Shown: positions 37,987-50,959 of the stretch, piece by piece
How positions within the stretch are numbered: the stretch's first letter is position 1
Layout: each line of letters opens with the position of its first letter
Assembly (NCBI GenBank): GCA_030770535.1
Contig: JASVEC010000014.1
Location: 868,001 to 932,000 of the forward strand
Direction of reading: 5' to 3'
DNA: 64,000 bases
Source of the DNA: Batkoa obscura
Lineage: Eukaryota
Program-made: the position numbers and the translations under genes
The notes under the pieces: model-generated
What the model was told of the DNA's origin: nothing
The model's input: the letters and a program-made list of their open reading frames with translations, nothing else
The model's database searches: none

Positions 37987-39573
37987 ATGCTTAATACTTG
38001 TTTAAAACATTTTTCAAAAGTATCTTCTTCAATATCTCATCATCCAAGCTATTTCCAACATCATACATTAATTAAACAGAACCCCATTTTAAGACTAATC
38101 AATTCAAGAATGAGTAGTATAGGTCGCCAAGATAGAGGAGAGTTGATCAAATTATCTAAAGAAGATTTAATTCAATTAGTTTTAGATCTTCAATCAAAGG
38201 ATATCAACCTAGAAACAAGCCAAGTTAACTTAACCGAAGCCAAAAAAAGAAAACTAGATGGTGAAGAAAAAAAGAACAAAAAGAAGGATAAAAACAAAGA
38301 GAAGAAACCGTTTGATATGAGCAAATATGCACAACGACAAGTTGCTTTAAAAGTTGCTTATATTGGCTGGAACTATATGGGTTTAGCTTCCCAAGGTGAT
38401 GCTTCAACTGCTTTACCATTAGAGAAGATTAATGATAAAGAGGGACTCAAAATAGATAACCCAGATAATCCAAAACAAAAGATTGTTGCAACAGTGGAGG
38501 ATTATATTTATAAAGCGCTATTAAGTTGTAAACTGATACTAGATCCCAAAGATTGTAATTTTTCTAGATGTGGTAGAACAGATAAAGGAGTAAGTGGATT
38601 AAAACAAGTCATATCAATTAAACTTCGATCTGGAGTTTCAAAAGAAACGCTAGAAAAAGATCCATTTGAAGTCGAAGGGGAGTTACCTTACACCGATATG
38701 ATCAATAAGTCTTTGCCAGAAGATATTCGAGTATTAGCTTGGGCGCCAGTTAAAGAAGACTTCAATGCCAGATTCGATTGCCGATCAAGAAGTTATAAGT
38801 ATTTTTTTACTACTTCTGGAACAAACTTAAATATTGATCTTATGCGCAAAGCATGTACATATTTAGTTGGAACTCATGATTTCAGGAACTTTTGTAGGCA
38901 GGATGGTAGCAAGCAAATATCAGTGTTTATCAGAGATATTTTTGAAGCCAAAATTCAAAAAGCAGATCTCTGGTTTCCAGAAAATAATAAGGAAATGAGC
39001 AGCCCATTTTGTTATGAGTTGTATATTAAAGGATCTGGATTTTTGTGGAACCAAATACGTTGTATCATGTCGATTTTGTTTTTAATTGGTCAAGGTTTAG
39101 AAAAACCAGAAGTAATTACAGAGTTTTTAAATGCTGAAAAGTTGAATCAAAAGCCAGTTTATGAATTATCAGCGCCTTATCCATTGTTATTTTTTGATTG
39201 TGATTATGAAACAGAGATAAAGTGGCAACTTGATACCAAAAATGAAATCAGTGCTATGGCTCGTTCGTATCGAACCATTTATACCAAATGGTATGAATGC
39301 GTAACTAAAGCTTACCATTTTTCAAATGTTATAAAAGAGCTGGAAAAACTTGCACCTGAAGGATTAGAAAGTTTTGCAAAAGTGGATCCTAGCTTAACAC
39401 CTATCGTTATTGGTGCTGGACAGAGAAGTTCAACTAGAAATTATATCCATTTGTTACAAAGAAATAGAGCTTCATCTGTAGAAGTTAGAAATCAACGCTA
39501 TAGAGATAAAGTTTTAAGAAAACAAGGGCAACAAAGTGAAGAAAGTGAAAATTCTAGAGTTGTTAAGCTATAA
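37987..39573 (+). CDS. DEG1: tRNA pseudouridine(38/39) synthase (TruA family)
   Basis: ALKVAYIGWNYMG, SRCGRTDKGVS, FNARFDC, GTHDFRNFC, GSGFLWNQIRC; N-terminal extension resembling a mitochondrial presequence. Confidence 0.93.
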   Translation: MLNTCLKHFSKVSSSISHHPSYFQHHTLIKQNPILRLINSRMSSIGRQDRGELIKLSKEDLIQLVLDLQSKDINLETSQVNLTEAKKRKLDGEEKKNKKKDKNKEKKPFDMSKYAQRQVALKVAYIGWNYMGLASQGDASTALPLEKINDKEGLKIDNPDNPKQKIVATVEDYIYKALLSCKLILDPKDCNFSRCGRTDKGVSGLKQVISIKLRSGVSKETLEKDPFEVEGELPYTDMINKSLPEDIRVLAWAPVKEDFNARFDCRSRSYKYFFTTSGTNLNIDLMRKACTYLVGTHDFRNFCRQDGSKQISVFIRDIFEAKIQKADLWFPENNKEMSSPFCYELYIKGSGFLWNQIRCIMSILFLIGQGLEKPEVITEFLNAEKLNQKPVYELSAPYPLLFFDCDYETEIKWQLDTKNEISAMARSYRTIYTKWYECVTKAYHFSNVIKELEKLAPEGLESFAKVDPSLTPIVIGAGQRSSTRNYIHLLQRNRASSVEVRNQRYRDKVLRKQGQQSEESENSRVVKL

Positions 39574-40138
39574 TAATATAATGTTGTTATTGAGGATTTA
39601 TTAAATAGATTTTTTTACTAAACTTTTGCGTTAAATTAAACTATCGGTTTTTGTATTATGAATTATTGTTAAATGTTTTGTATTTTTATATTTTTTGACT
39701 TTATTGAATAAGTTAAATGTTTATTTAAAGATAATAAACCTATACCATAATTTAATAAAATAAATAAGGCTTCAAGCCACATAATGAAAGCATGTTCATA
39801 ATTAATCAAAATATCTAACAAAAGCTATCAAATGTTATTGATTTTATAAGATTAGATAATACATTGAATTCTGATATTTAGCCAAATCATGTTACTAATC
39901 TCTTACTAACTACCATAGAAACTCACTCAGACATTAAATGCATGTAGTATAATCCAAAATGAGGGTAAAACTCAACATATTGGTAGTTGATTTATTCTAT
40001 TTTCTCATGAAATTCTTTTTTATATAATAACTGCATATTACAACAAAGGATAACACTCAACTCATAAACAAAATAAAACAATAAAAAACAAATTACCAAA
40101 AAACTAAAAACCTTAATATCCAACTTTAATCTTTACTA

Positions 40139-40517
40139 TTATTCCGGATTTTGAGCCTTTTCAATTGCTTCCTTTTCGGCTACCCTCTTTCTTTCGTTTT
40201 TAACTCTTATACGACGTTGGAGACTAAATAAAAAGACTATAAAATCCTCAACTCAAATACAAAATAAGAACTTACTCATCATATTGGCACTTTTCGTAGG
40301 CATGCTTTTCATCTTGACAACGCCAAGTAAGATAATAGTTATCGTAACGACATTTATTGAGAGGGATCAAAAGATGGGAACAATAATCACGCCACATCAA
40401 AGGAATACGAGCGTCCTTTAACTCTTTTTGTGTCACTTTCATTTCTTTTCATATTTTTAGTAAGTTTTATTGCTTTTTAGTTGTTCAATCTACATCCTTA
40501 CCTGGTACTTCACTCAT
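40139..40517 (-). CDS. NDUFB7: Complex I subunit NDUFB7 (B18), 3 exons; missing from the ORF track
   Basis: Spliced translation MSEVPEMKVTQKELKDARIPLMWRDYCSHLLIPLNKCR...WRCQDEKHAYEKCQYDD, with twin CX9C. Confidence 0.93.
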
Positions 40518-40980
40518 CTTTTAATTGTTCTAAAAATTTTGAGACTTGCTATTATCGTTTTTGTCAACTAAAATTGTTAGATTATCTAATTTCGATTAGA
40601 TTAAACACTGCAAAAATTATCAACTTGGATTATTGTTGAAAGTCAAGTTGCTATGGGATTTTGCTTTGTTTTTTGAGTCAAGGTTAATAACTGTTTCTCC
40701 TTTTCTATTTTAAGGAATTTTAACAGGAAAATTATTAGTTTGCTATTTTATATCAGAATGTTAGAATAATAAAATAAGCCATTTTTATTTTTTATATGAT
40801 GTCTATTTTTTAAGAAGGGAGAATTTTATAACAAAATTGTTGATATAATTTTTTTAGATGTTTTCGAAAAATTAACTTTATATTATTCGCCAAATTTATA
40901 ATAATGTTTCCAAAAACAGATTTATACAAATTACATTAGTATAACAAACTCGATTTAATTAACACAAACCCACTATTAAT

Positions 40981-41665
40981 TTATTTAGGAACTTTGGCTG
41001 AATTAGAATGTCCACATCCGCTGCATTTTCTCAATTCTTCGGTATTGGCATACTTTTCAATGATGGGCTTTAACTGAGTACCAAGGTCAAAACAATGGAA
41101 AGACTCTTCGTAAACAACCTCCTTACAATTCTCGCAATACCATCTCAATCGGTCTAAAACTGTTAAAAATTATCCGAATTGAATTTATATCTAAGATTAC
41201 CAGTTTCATCTTCTCGACGGTTACGCTCAATTACTACTCCAATAGTATTTTCAAATCTGCATGGGTTATGTGGCACATTAGCTATAAAAATTAACAACTG
41301 GACATTAAATTAAAACAACTAACTTACCAGGTAATAAAAAGAAGTCACCCTCATCAATAATTATATCTCTAAACTCGCCATTGTCGACTATTTTTAATAA
41401 CATCCTACCTTTGTATTGATAAAACCATTCCTGATTTTCAAATTTAATATACAATTTATTAGATCAACAGAACAAAATTTACTTCAGTTTCGTTAACATG
41501 ATAATCCGTTCTTGCATTTGGACCACCAACAACCATGACAATAAAGTCACCACGTTGGATACAATAATTATTAACCGGTGGTTGTAACATATGTTGGTTC
41601 TCTTCTACCCATTTTTTAAAGTTGATTGGGGGCAATAATGGTGTCTGTTTGGTTGTCTTTAACAT
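40981..41665 (-). CDS. BNA1: 3-hydroxyanthranilate 3,4-dioxygenase, 4 exons
   Basis: [54 protein letters not shown]. Confidence 0.95.
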
Positions 41666-41943
41666 TTTAAAAAAGTATTATCGACTCAATAAAAAATACA
41701 ACTGTTTATTTATATATTGATGTTTAGTTATGCTTTTCGCTTTTTTCCAAAGCTTTTCTATCCCTAAAACTTATGTGTCTTATTTGTTAGCCTTGTTTGA
41801 ATCCAATTAAAAACAGTCATGCTCCTTTGATTATTAATTTAATTAGGTTAGAATTAGATATTATATGCCAAATAAGGAAAAAAATAAAAAAATATCATAT
41901 TTTTTCACTAAGTTTTCAATCTCAGTATTAATTTTTGTTGAGA

Positions 41944-42105
41944 ATTACCATTAGGATTAGGTGTAGTAATGACGTTTTTAAAGCATTCTTCAACCAAGCT
42001 GAAGGCTTGTTTCTAATTGATTCTGGCAAGTAAGCTTCAAACCCACTAATGAGTCCCAACTCATTATTGGTAAGGGATTACTGACTGGGTAGGTAGTAGT
42101 TTTTT
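41944..42105 (+). ncRNA. Candidate structured RNA, unassigned
   Basis: GC-richer non-coding island with several hairpins and complementary ends, followed by a T run. Confidence 0.3.
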
Positions 42106-42204
42106 CAATAAAGTATTAGCTTTTATCAAATTACTGATTAAATTTAAATACAATCGCTGACCCTAACCTTCTTAAAAGTATAATAACTATTTTCAATTTT
42201 AAAC

Positions 42205-42298
42205 ATGTAAGGATGCTTTTTTTGGCTTTATCACTTTTTCCATTTAAACGCTATTTAAACAGAAAGAACATTAAAATTCTAAAAATACATCCCCATAT
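42205..42298 (+). mobile_element. MITE copy 72 bp upstream of tRNA-Lys(CUU)
   Basis: GGATGCTTTTTTTGGCTTTATCAC...AAAAATACATCCCCATAT. Confidence 0.8.
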
Positions 42299-42370
42299 TT
42301 TTATTTTGAAAACTAACTAGTTGGTAATTTATTTAAATATATTGCATCTACACACAAGGCTATAAAAATT

Positions 42371-42443
42371 GCCTGGCTAGCTCAATCGGCAGAGCGTGAG
42401 ACTCTTAATCTCAAGGTTGCGGGTTCGACCCCCGCGTTGGGCT
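42371..42443 (+). tRNA. tRNA-Lys (CUU) copy 1
   Basis: GCCTGGC TA GCTCAATCGGCAGAGC G TGAGA CTCTTAA TCTCA AGGTT GCGGG TTCGACC CCCGC GTTGGGC T; downstream T-run. Confidence 0.95.
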
Positions 42444-42519
42444 TATACAAATTTTGTTTTTACTTCATACATAAAGTAATATTATCTATAAAACTCTACT
42501 ATAACAAAAAATTATTTAG

Positions 42520-42592
42520 AGCCCAACGCGGGGGTCGAACCCGCAACCTTGAGATTAAGAGTCTCACGCTCTGCCGATTGAGCTAGCCAGGC
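42520..42592 (-). tRNA. tRNA-Lys (CUU) copy 2, convergent with copy 1
   Basis: Exact reverse complement of copy 1. Confidence 0.95.
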
Positions 42593-43596
42593 AATTCAAT
42601 TTGTTTAGTGATCGATATAACAATTTGTATTTAATTTTAATTTTAATTTTAATTATAACAGCATTAAATGCAGTAAAGACCAAATAAAACTCAGTTAAAA
42701 CAGCTCAAATATTTTAATTGCGAAATTGACACCAAGTGCTACAAAAATACTGCTTTTTGCTCAGTTTTAAATTATTTTGTATAACATGTTTTTTACACTG
42801 TAATTGATTATTAAACTATTAAATTACTCAAGCTTTTATATAATTTAATTTTTTTATAGAATATTATTATTATAACAAATATCTATTGCTACTGTTTTTA
42901 TATAATTACTACTGACAATAAAAAAACCAATAAAGATAAATATTTAATAGAAATATAATGTCAAATATCAAAATTATTAAATTAAGCTAAAACAAACAAA
43001 AACATAGCTTATTAACTAGTTATTTTTATAAAAAAATAACTATCTATCCAGTTAGCATTTACATGATTTTAAAATAAATGCTTAGTAGAAGTTTAAATCA
43101 TTTTAAAATTGTGAAATATGGCCTTGTCAGCTCTATGACTGATTATAACAACAATGATTCAAGTCGTGTTTTCAAGTTTAGATGCAATCAATCCCAAGCC
43201 TATTTGTTTTGATTTGCTATAAGAACTTCTATCATGCGATTCCAAAAGACATTATCTCCCCGTTTTAATATCCATACTTTTTGGAGTATAAAAGAGATCT
43301 TAGACCATGATAATTCAAAGCTTTTTGACTGAATTATTCCCTGGTATCGTGTCTTTAATAAAGCCACTAACTTTTCTTAATACTAGTTTACATAGATTTT
43401 ACAGTAGTATTATCTATTTTATTTATCTTACATAGTCCGTAGCCTATTACGTGCTATTCTTCATAGCTTAAGTCCATCTTAGTCACATAAACCAAGACTT
43501 TTCAACTTACGGCTACTCAATCAAGCAAAAACTGCTTTTGACTCTAACCACTGAGTAGTAAATACTCAGAATATTATGTTTTATCTAAAAAGATAA

Positions 43597-43669
43597 AGCC
43601 CAACGCGGGGGTCGAACCCGCAACCTTGAGATTAAGAGTCTCACGCTCTGCCGATTGAGCTAGCCAGGC
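43597..43669 (-). tRNA. tRNA-Lys (CUU) copy 3
   Basis: Identical to copy 1. Confidence 0.95.
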
Positions 43670-43780
43670 AATTACATATGTAGCTTAATACTAAATTTTT
43701 ATATTTATTACTGTAGCAAAAGTGACTTAATTAGTTTCATTAATATTTAATTAAACAAAACAATTTAAAACTATTATTAT

Positions 43781-43885
43781 ATATAGGGATGTATTTTTGT
43801 GATCAAGAATTTTACTAACAAATTTTCCGCTCAAATAGTGCTTAAAAATGGAAAAAGTAATGAAGTCAAAAAAACACTCCCATAT
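43781..43885 (-). mobile_element. MITE copy 111 bp upstream of tRNA-Lys(CUU) copy 3
   Basis: atatAGGGATGTATTTTTG...AAAACACTCCCatat. Confidence 0.87.
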
Positions 43886-44727
43886 AGTTAGAAATAAAAC
43901 TAACTATCAAATCATTTAAAGATTGTATCATTATTGTTAGTTTTAACTTTTAACAATTATATTGTTTATTCTATATTATTATGATTTATAGATCTTTTAG
44001 CTTTTATCAATAATATTTAATGTAGTTTTAATTGGTAGTAATTTTCAATATTTTATGAAGAATTTAATATATTTTAGAAAAGTATTATTAACTTTGTTTT
44101 TTTATTAAATGTACTTTTTTATTTAAAATTAGAAAATAAAATAAAAATAATTTTCTTTAATTTTTTTAAAAAGTTTATTAATTTATAATAAATATTAGTC
44201 TTTTTTAATACTTTCTTAGTTTTAGCTCATTTTTTTGAAAAGCTATAATTTAACAACTTAGATAATAATACAACTTGAGCTATATTATTATTGAATCACT
44301 TTTGTCCTTAAGTATGTAGTTTAAAAATTTATATATATATATATAAAATAAAATTAAACATAGCTTTTAGAACCTTTTTTTAAATAATAATAATAATATT
44401 TAAAATTACTTATTACAGAAGCATTACTAATATAAAATTTAATAAAAAACTGTATCAATAAAATGCTCATTTTATTAAACTATAACTAATAGATTAAAAT
44501 TCAAATATAAATTTACTTTGGTATCATTAAAAAAATGAAAGATAAAACAATTTATCATATAAAGTAACTTTATAATTTTATAATCCAAATTAATATTTAT
44601 AAATAAAAAGAATAAACCTTCCATTTATAAATGCCTTAATTGTATTCCCTTTTCAATCTACAAATCACAAAAGAAAGTACTGCTAAATCCAATTCAATCG
44701 TTTCAACTTATAAAAAACATCAACGAT

Positions 44728-46326
44728 TTATAACGACAAGTCATTTAAAGCCACACAAACAGTAGCCTTATGATGACCTTTATATTGACGTATACAATCA
44801 GAAGTACCAATCTCCCAAAGTCTTGAGGTATTATCCGAAGAAGCTAAAGATAATTTAATTAATCAATAATTAAAACTAGTGATATATTTTGAAAAAATCA
44901 ATTCAATAACAATAAATAAATATTACAAAACTCTAAAACTTCAAAACTTACCCGTTACTACATAAGCTGAATCGGCTGAAAAAGCACAATCCCAAACCCA
45001 TCTTGAATGACCAACTAATGTTTTTTCATGCTTAAAGGAACAATTTTTAGTACTCCACAATTTAACCGTTGAATCTGCTGAACAAGTGGCTAATGTTCTT
45101 TATAAGGAAATAAATTAACATTATCCAAATCGTAGAATACTTAACTTACTTTGAATCTGGACTCAACACACATTTAGTTAAATATTTATTATGTGCTTTA
45201 AATTTTGTACTTGCTGCTAAATCTCCATTGCCGCTGCTATTCATTTTCCATACATAACAACTACCCTATTTATCACTCAATTAAATTATACATTAAAAAT
45301 TCAAGCTATCTTAAATAATTACTTTAGTACTTCCAGCCACCAACATAGTACCATCGGCACTAACAGTCACTGATCTCATTGGTGTATCTTCTTCTGGTAC
45401 CTATTTATTGATGGAATGATAAGTTCAAGAAAAAATTTAAATTCAAATAAGATTGATTTTTTTACCAATTCATGAGTACAAGAATTATCGCTCAAATTCC
45501 ATAATTTAATACTACCATTTTGATCACAAGAAAATAATTGATTAGAATTAGGATGTATGGCTACTTCGTTTACAGGTGCTTTATGATCATAACTACGTTG
45601 AATCACAGGTGTTCTTTTAAATTTGAATTGATATTAAATATATTACTCTTTTTAAAAACCAAACAAATTAAAGCTACCTAGTATCCCAAATCTTTAATGT
45701 ACCATCTTCACTTCCTGTAACCATCCAACTGTTATCGGGATGAAATCCGATAGAAACTATATTATTCGTATGACCTTCAAATATCATTACCTTCAATTAA
45801 ATGTAGGTTAGATTGATATTCTTTTTTTATATTAATATTCTTTTTTCTTACTGGATCTGGTTTCAATGAATGGATATCATATAATCGTACTTGATTATGA
45901 CCTATTGAAAAAAGGGCTAGGATTTTTATTTTCGATTATTAAATAAATCATTGATTTACCACCAGCAGCCAAAAATCGTTTATCTGGAGAAATACATAGT
46001 TTATTTACTTGCTAATTAAATAAAGTAATCAATAAATTAATCATAACCCTAACTCTAACTTTGAATTTTGTTTCTTTTGTCTTATAATTGATCGAACAAA
46101 AACTTACCGAATCCGTATGTTGAATAGTTCTTGAACAAATACCGGATAAAGCTTCCCAAAATCTTATAGTATGGTCATAACCTGCGGTAACTAAGATAAC
46201 AGAATGACTATCTTCAGTACTGGATTGATGTAGTTGGTTTAAATTGTCGCTAGTAATATTGTTATTGGAATTAACTCGCTGATTTCCACTAGGTAATTTG
46301 GAAGGATGGTTTGTTTTATTACGCAT
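44728..46326 (-). CDS. LST8: TOR complex subunit Lst8 (WD40), 9 exons
   Basis: [76 protein letters not shown]. Confidence 0.95.
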
Positions 46327-46448
46327 TATTTTTTGAAGGTTGAAATGTAAGGAAATGAGAATAAAATTTGTGATGAAATTATAATTTACTTTGGAAAATA
46401 AAATTACTAAATTTAAAAAAAAAGTCAATCATTGATTTCTCTTCTAAA

Positions 46449-47388
46449 ATGCAAAATTTATTAATAGGAGTAACGGGTAGTGTAGCATCAATCAAATTAC
46501 CCTTGTTAGTAGAAGAATTAGTTAAAAAAAACAAAGTAGCTCTATTATTACTCACATCAAGGTCAATTAGCCCTAACCCGCTTCTTCAAAATAGTATAAT
46601 ATCAAAATCGTCACCACAGAATCAGCAAAACATTTCTATAAAGATTATATACAAAAGAATATTGATGGACTATATTTAACAGTCGGAAATAGTGAGATCG
46701 AAATTAATATTTATGATGACAAGTATGAGTGGGAGGTAAATTAAAGAGATATTGTATGATATTGTATTCTAAGTATTATTGACAAAATTATATATGTTAA
46801 AATAATAGAGTTGGAATAAAATCGGAGATCCAGTACAACATATTGAAGTAATTATGATGGGACAATATTAATTCAACTTACTAATTTTATCGTTAATAAA
46901 GTTACGTAAATGGACTTCACTATTCTTAATAGCCCCATTGGATGCTAATACATTAGCAAAAATAGCTAATGGCATGTGTGATAATTTATTAGTAAGTTTT
47001 TATATCAATAACTACAATAATAACAATCAATATATCATTCCGTTGATTTTATAGAACCTATTTCTTTTATTTTTTTCTTAGACTTCCATATTACGCGCTT
47101 GGGATATTGAAGACCAAAGTAAAAAAATCATCATAGCCCCAGCTATGAATACTTTAATGTGGAATAATCCATTTACACAAGAACATTTAATCGTGTTAAA
47201 ACAAAAATTAAATGTTCAAATTATTGAACCAACAAGTAAATTACTAGCTTGTGGGGATTTAGGTAAGTTTTATTTTTTATGGGACATTATTAAAAAAAAT
47301 TATTGATTTATTTTTCTTTTTAGGTGTTGGTGCTATGGCCTCAGTAGACACAATAGTAGAAATGGTTCAACTTAATTTAAACAAATAA
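46449..47388 (+). CDS. PPCDC: Phosphopantothenoylcysteine decarboxylase (HFCD flavoprotein), multi-exon
   Basis: GVTGSVA, HIELRKW, IAPLDANTLAKIANGMCDNLL, APAMNTLMW, KLLACGDLGVGAMA. Confidence 0.92.
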
Positions 47389-47453
47389 AAAAATCAATAA
47401 ACAAAAATCCTATATTTTTATTTCATAATAAATACCTCCCCCACTCGTCCACC

Positions 47454-49729
47454 TCAACACCTTTCAAATACTTTATACAGTTTTGGTAAAGAAGTCAACA
47501 TAGTCACCCCTTCTTTCCTTGGGTAAAATAAGCCCTTTTTAAATTGAGGTAATAGTAAATACTGTATTTGCCAGTAATATTGTTTCATTTCCCTTGTTTC
47601 ATTATCCTCATTATCTACTTTAGGATTTGGTTCTAATTGATATAACCATGCTAACTGTTGACTTAATGTATAAAAACAACTCTTTTCTTCATTCCAATTA
47701 ACCTATAGGAATAGAATAATTTAAATTTAAGTTTAAAATATTTTATTAATAGAATAATATAATATAAATAACTTACTTTTGTTCCCAATTTAACTAAAAA
47801 CAAAGGAATTTTATACACACAGGGTATGTAATTCTCTAATAAGCAAGGTAAATGAGTCAAATAGCCTTTTTCATTAATCTCAATACTAAAATATTCTAAT
47901 AACATATCTCTCTTTTGAATTAAAAATTGAGTTAATCCCTCTGCTAAATCATCATATTCCATTATCTCTTTTGAAAAGACTATTTTGATTTTACTGGAGT
48001 TTATTATCATTTTTGTAACATCATAAATTGACATTGGGGTTTTTAATAAAATAGTAGAAAAATTACAAAAATTTTGTAAAGTTAATTGATAAAATAAATC
48101 ATAACTAATTAGAAATTAAAAATTAAAAATAAGAAATTAATATAGATTATAAATTATGATACAATAATCATTCTCACCTTAATTTCCAAACATCTAATAA
48201 GTACAATCCAGTTCCAGATTGAACACATATTCTTCTACAATCTACTTTACCTACCATTGTATGTTCTTGTAATCTATTTTTAATATCTAAATTAAAAATT
48301 TTAAAATAGAAATTAACAAAACATTGTCTAATAATAAAATAATAAATTACCATAATCACATTCCATTTTAAACTCATTAATTAGTTGTAATACACTTTCT
48401 AATCTTACTAATACCCGTTTCCTTTTATTGTTTATTGAAGTAATTGGTAACTCGTTTACAGTAGGATTAAGCTGTTCATTTACATTACTTTTATTTTGTT
48501 CACTAATTGTCAACAAAATCCTATCTCCCACTATCCCTTCCTTATTATTTTTATTCCTCTCTACTAAAATACTCGTCTGAATAAACCCATCCTCTCTTTC
48601 CTTTTCCTTTTCCTTTTCCTTATTATTTTCCCTTAGACTTAACTTGGGTTGATAAAATGCATTTAAATTTTGTAGTTGATGATCTGTACGTATTAAATAA
48701 TTATCCCTTCTTTTTGATGGAGCAATTAACTTAGTATTATTAGTATTATTAGTATTATTAGTATTATTAGTCGTTGTGTTTAAAAAGGAATTATCTCTAT
48801 TAAAGGAAGTATTAGATTGATTGATACTTTGATTAAAATTAGTTGATGCATTAAATGAATTATTGAAATTAATTGTTGATTGAAGTTGTAATGATGATTG
48901 ATTTGTTTCTTTTATCGGTGTGTTGTTATTAGTTAAAGTTGATAAATTTAGTTCATTTCTTTCTTGTTTGATTCTATCTTCTTCTACTTTGACTTTAGTT
49001 GAAGATGAATTAACCGGGGTTAAAGTACCCAATATCTATAACAAAAGCAAAATAATTAAATAGCTAAATTTACATTTAATATAAAACTTACATTAGTTTG
49101 AAATCCTCTAGTTGTTCCCAATTCTTCCAATTTTTCCGTTAAATGAGTTATTATTAAATTTAATATTTCTTTTTCTTTTAGAAAATAAACCTAACATTAA
49201 AATTAATTGAAGACATTGTCTTATCAGATAAAATATCCTTACCTCTTTCTTAGTCGGATGGACATTGACATCCACATCTTCTGGTGGTAATACAAGGCTC
49301 AAGTATACAAAAGGAAAATTACCTTTCATCAATAACCCATTATAAATATTCCCAATAGCTATTTTCAACTTATTCCACATTACTGATCTATTATTAATAA
49401 ACAACAAAAACCCCATTTTCTTTCCTTTATGCCCCAACCCTGTAATATAACCTTCACATTTAATCCCCAGTATATTATCTTCTATTTTAACCTCTATTAA
49501 ATCCTGTCCAATGCTTCTACCATAAATTTTTCCAATTCTTTCTTTCTTTGTCATATTTTTACTAATTTGTAAATCTGGAAAAGTACTATTCATTTTTTTA
49601 CAACTAAAATGAATGTTTTTAGAATGAACAGCATACCGATTAGCTATATCTAAGATCATTTGATATTCTTCATTAGTTGATTTAAGCCCTTTTCTACGTA
49701 ATGGATAATTATAAAATAAATCTTCTATC

Positions 49730-49765
<36 letters not shown>

Positions 49766-50310
49766 TAAAAATTACTAATTTTAATTTTATTATATTACCT
49801 TGATATTAGTCCCTTGAACACCCCCACAAGGTTGAGGTAACCCTTGAATCTTACCTTCTTTATAAATAGCTCTAAAATAAGATAAAAACTATTAAAATTT
49901 AACTTAAACTTCCCACTTCTCTCCATTACTTACCTATAAGCCACCTCTTCCTTTTCTATTTTTGAAACAATACATACCTTCCCAATACTAGCCATACTAC
50001 TCAATGCTTCTCCACGAAAACCAAAGCTCTGTAATCTCTTTAAATCCCCAAACCCTTGAATTTTACTAGTAGTATATTTTTCACATGCTAAAATTAAATC
50101 TTCGGATGAAATACCACAACCATTATCTTGTATTTGTAATAATTTTAAACCACCTTCAGAGATAGTGAGGATGATCGAGGTTGAGTTTGCATCTAATGAA
50201 TTTTCGATTAATTCTTTAATGGCATTGGCTGGTCGTTGGATCACTTCACCAGCAGAAATGAGATTGATGACTTCGGTAGATAAGCGTTGTATTTTAGGTA
50301 GTTGTGACAT
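47454..50310 (-). CDS. MLH1: DNA mismatch repair protein MutL homolog 1, 8 exons
   Basis: AGEVIQRPANAIKELIENSLDA, FGFRGEAL, DVNVHPTKKEV, MLLEYFSIEI and C-terminal LPKLYKVFERC. Confidence 0.96.
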
Positions 50311-50959
50311 TCTTTTTTGTTTTAAAACAATTTATTGAATGAACTATTTTTTTAAAATACTGTATTAAAGATTAAGTGTCAATTGAATTCTGATTTATTT
50401 TAAATTGAGTTTTTTATTAAGCTTACATAAGTAAAATTTAATGTCAAATCTTGAATTTTAAGTTAACCAATTATAAGAGATAAATTCTGTTAGATGAAAT
50501 GAAAGTTGTTAAATCTGGTATATTAGAAGTTAAAATATTTGCCATTTTTATATTGCTAGATAGGGAGTACTGCGGTTAATTAATGAAGAGTAAAGGAATG
50601 AAATTAGACTTGTATTGATAATATAAAGATAATTATGGTTTTGTTGTAATAATAATGTTTAATTAAAACTTATCTTGATTAATAATAAACATTAAAATTA
50701 AGGAGATGATTTTAGATAAGGTTTGATTCAGATTTCAAAATAATCAACTAAAATTAGGTCATTAAATTTAGAAATTTAAAATTTTATATGTTGGTGATGC
50801 CATTGATAAATTTTCAATAGTATAAATATATAAAAACAAAAATTTATTAGAAATAAAAAAATAAAATATATATATTGTTTATAAATTTATAACTTATACT
50901 TTATATATTTCTCATTATTATATATATTATAAGTTAAATTAGTATTATTACATATACAA

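Noticed and set aside
42158..42170. ACCCTAACC as a telomerase RNA template
   Set aside because: A 9-nt match is expected by chance, and there is no supporting structure I can verify.
37987..43669. Functional linkage of the tRNA pseudouridine synthase with the nearby tRNA-Lys cluster
   Set aside because: Pus3/Deg1 acts on many tRNAs in trans; proximity alone is not evidence.
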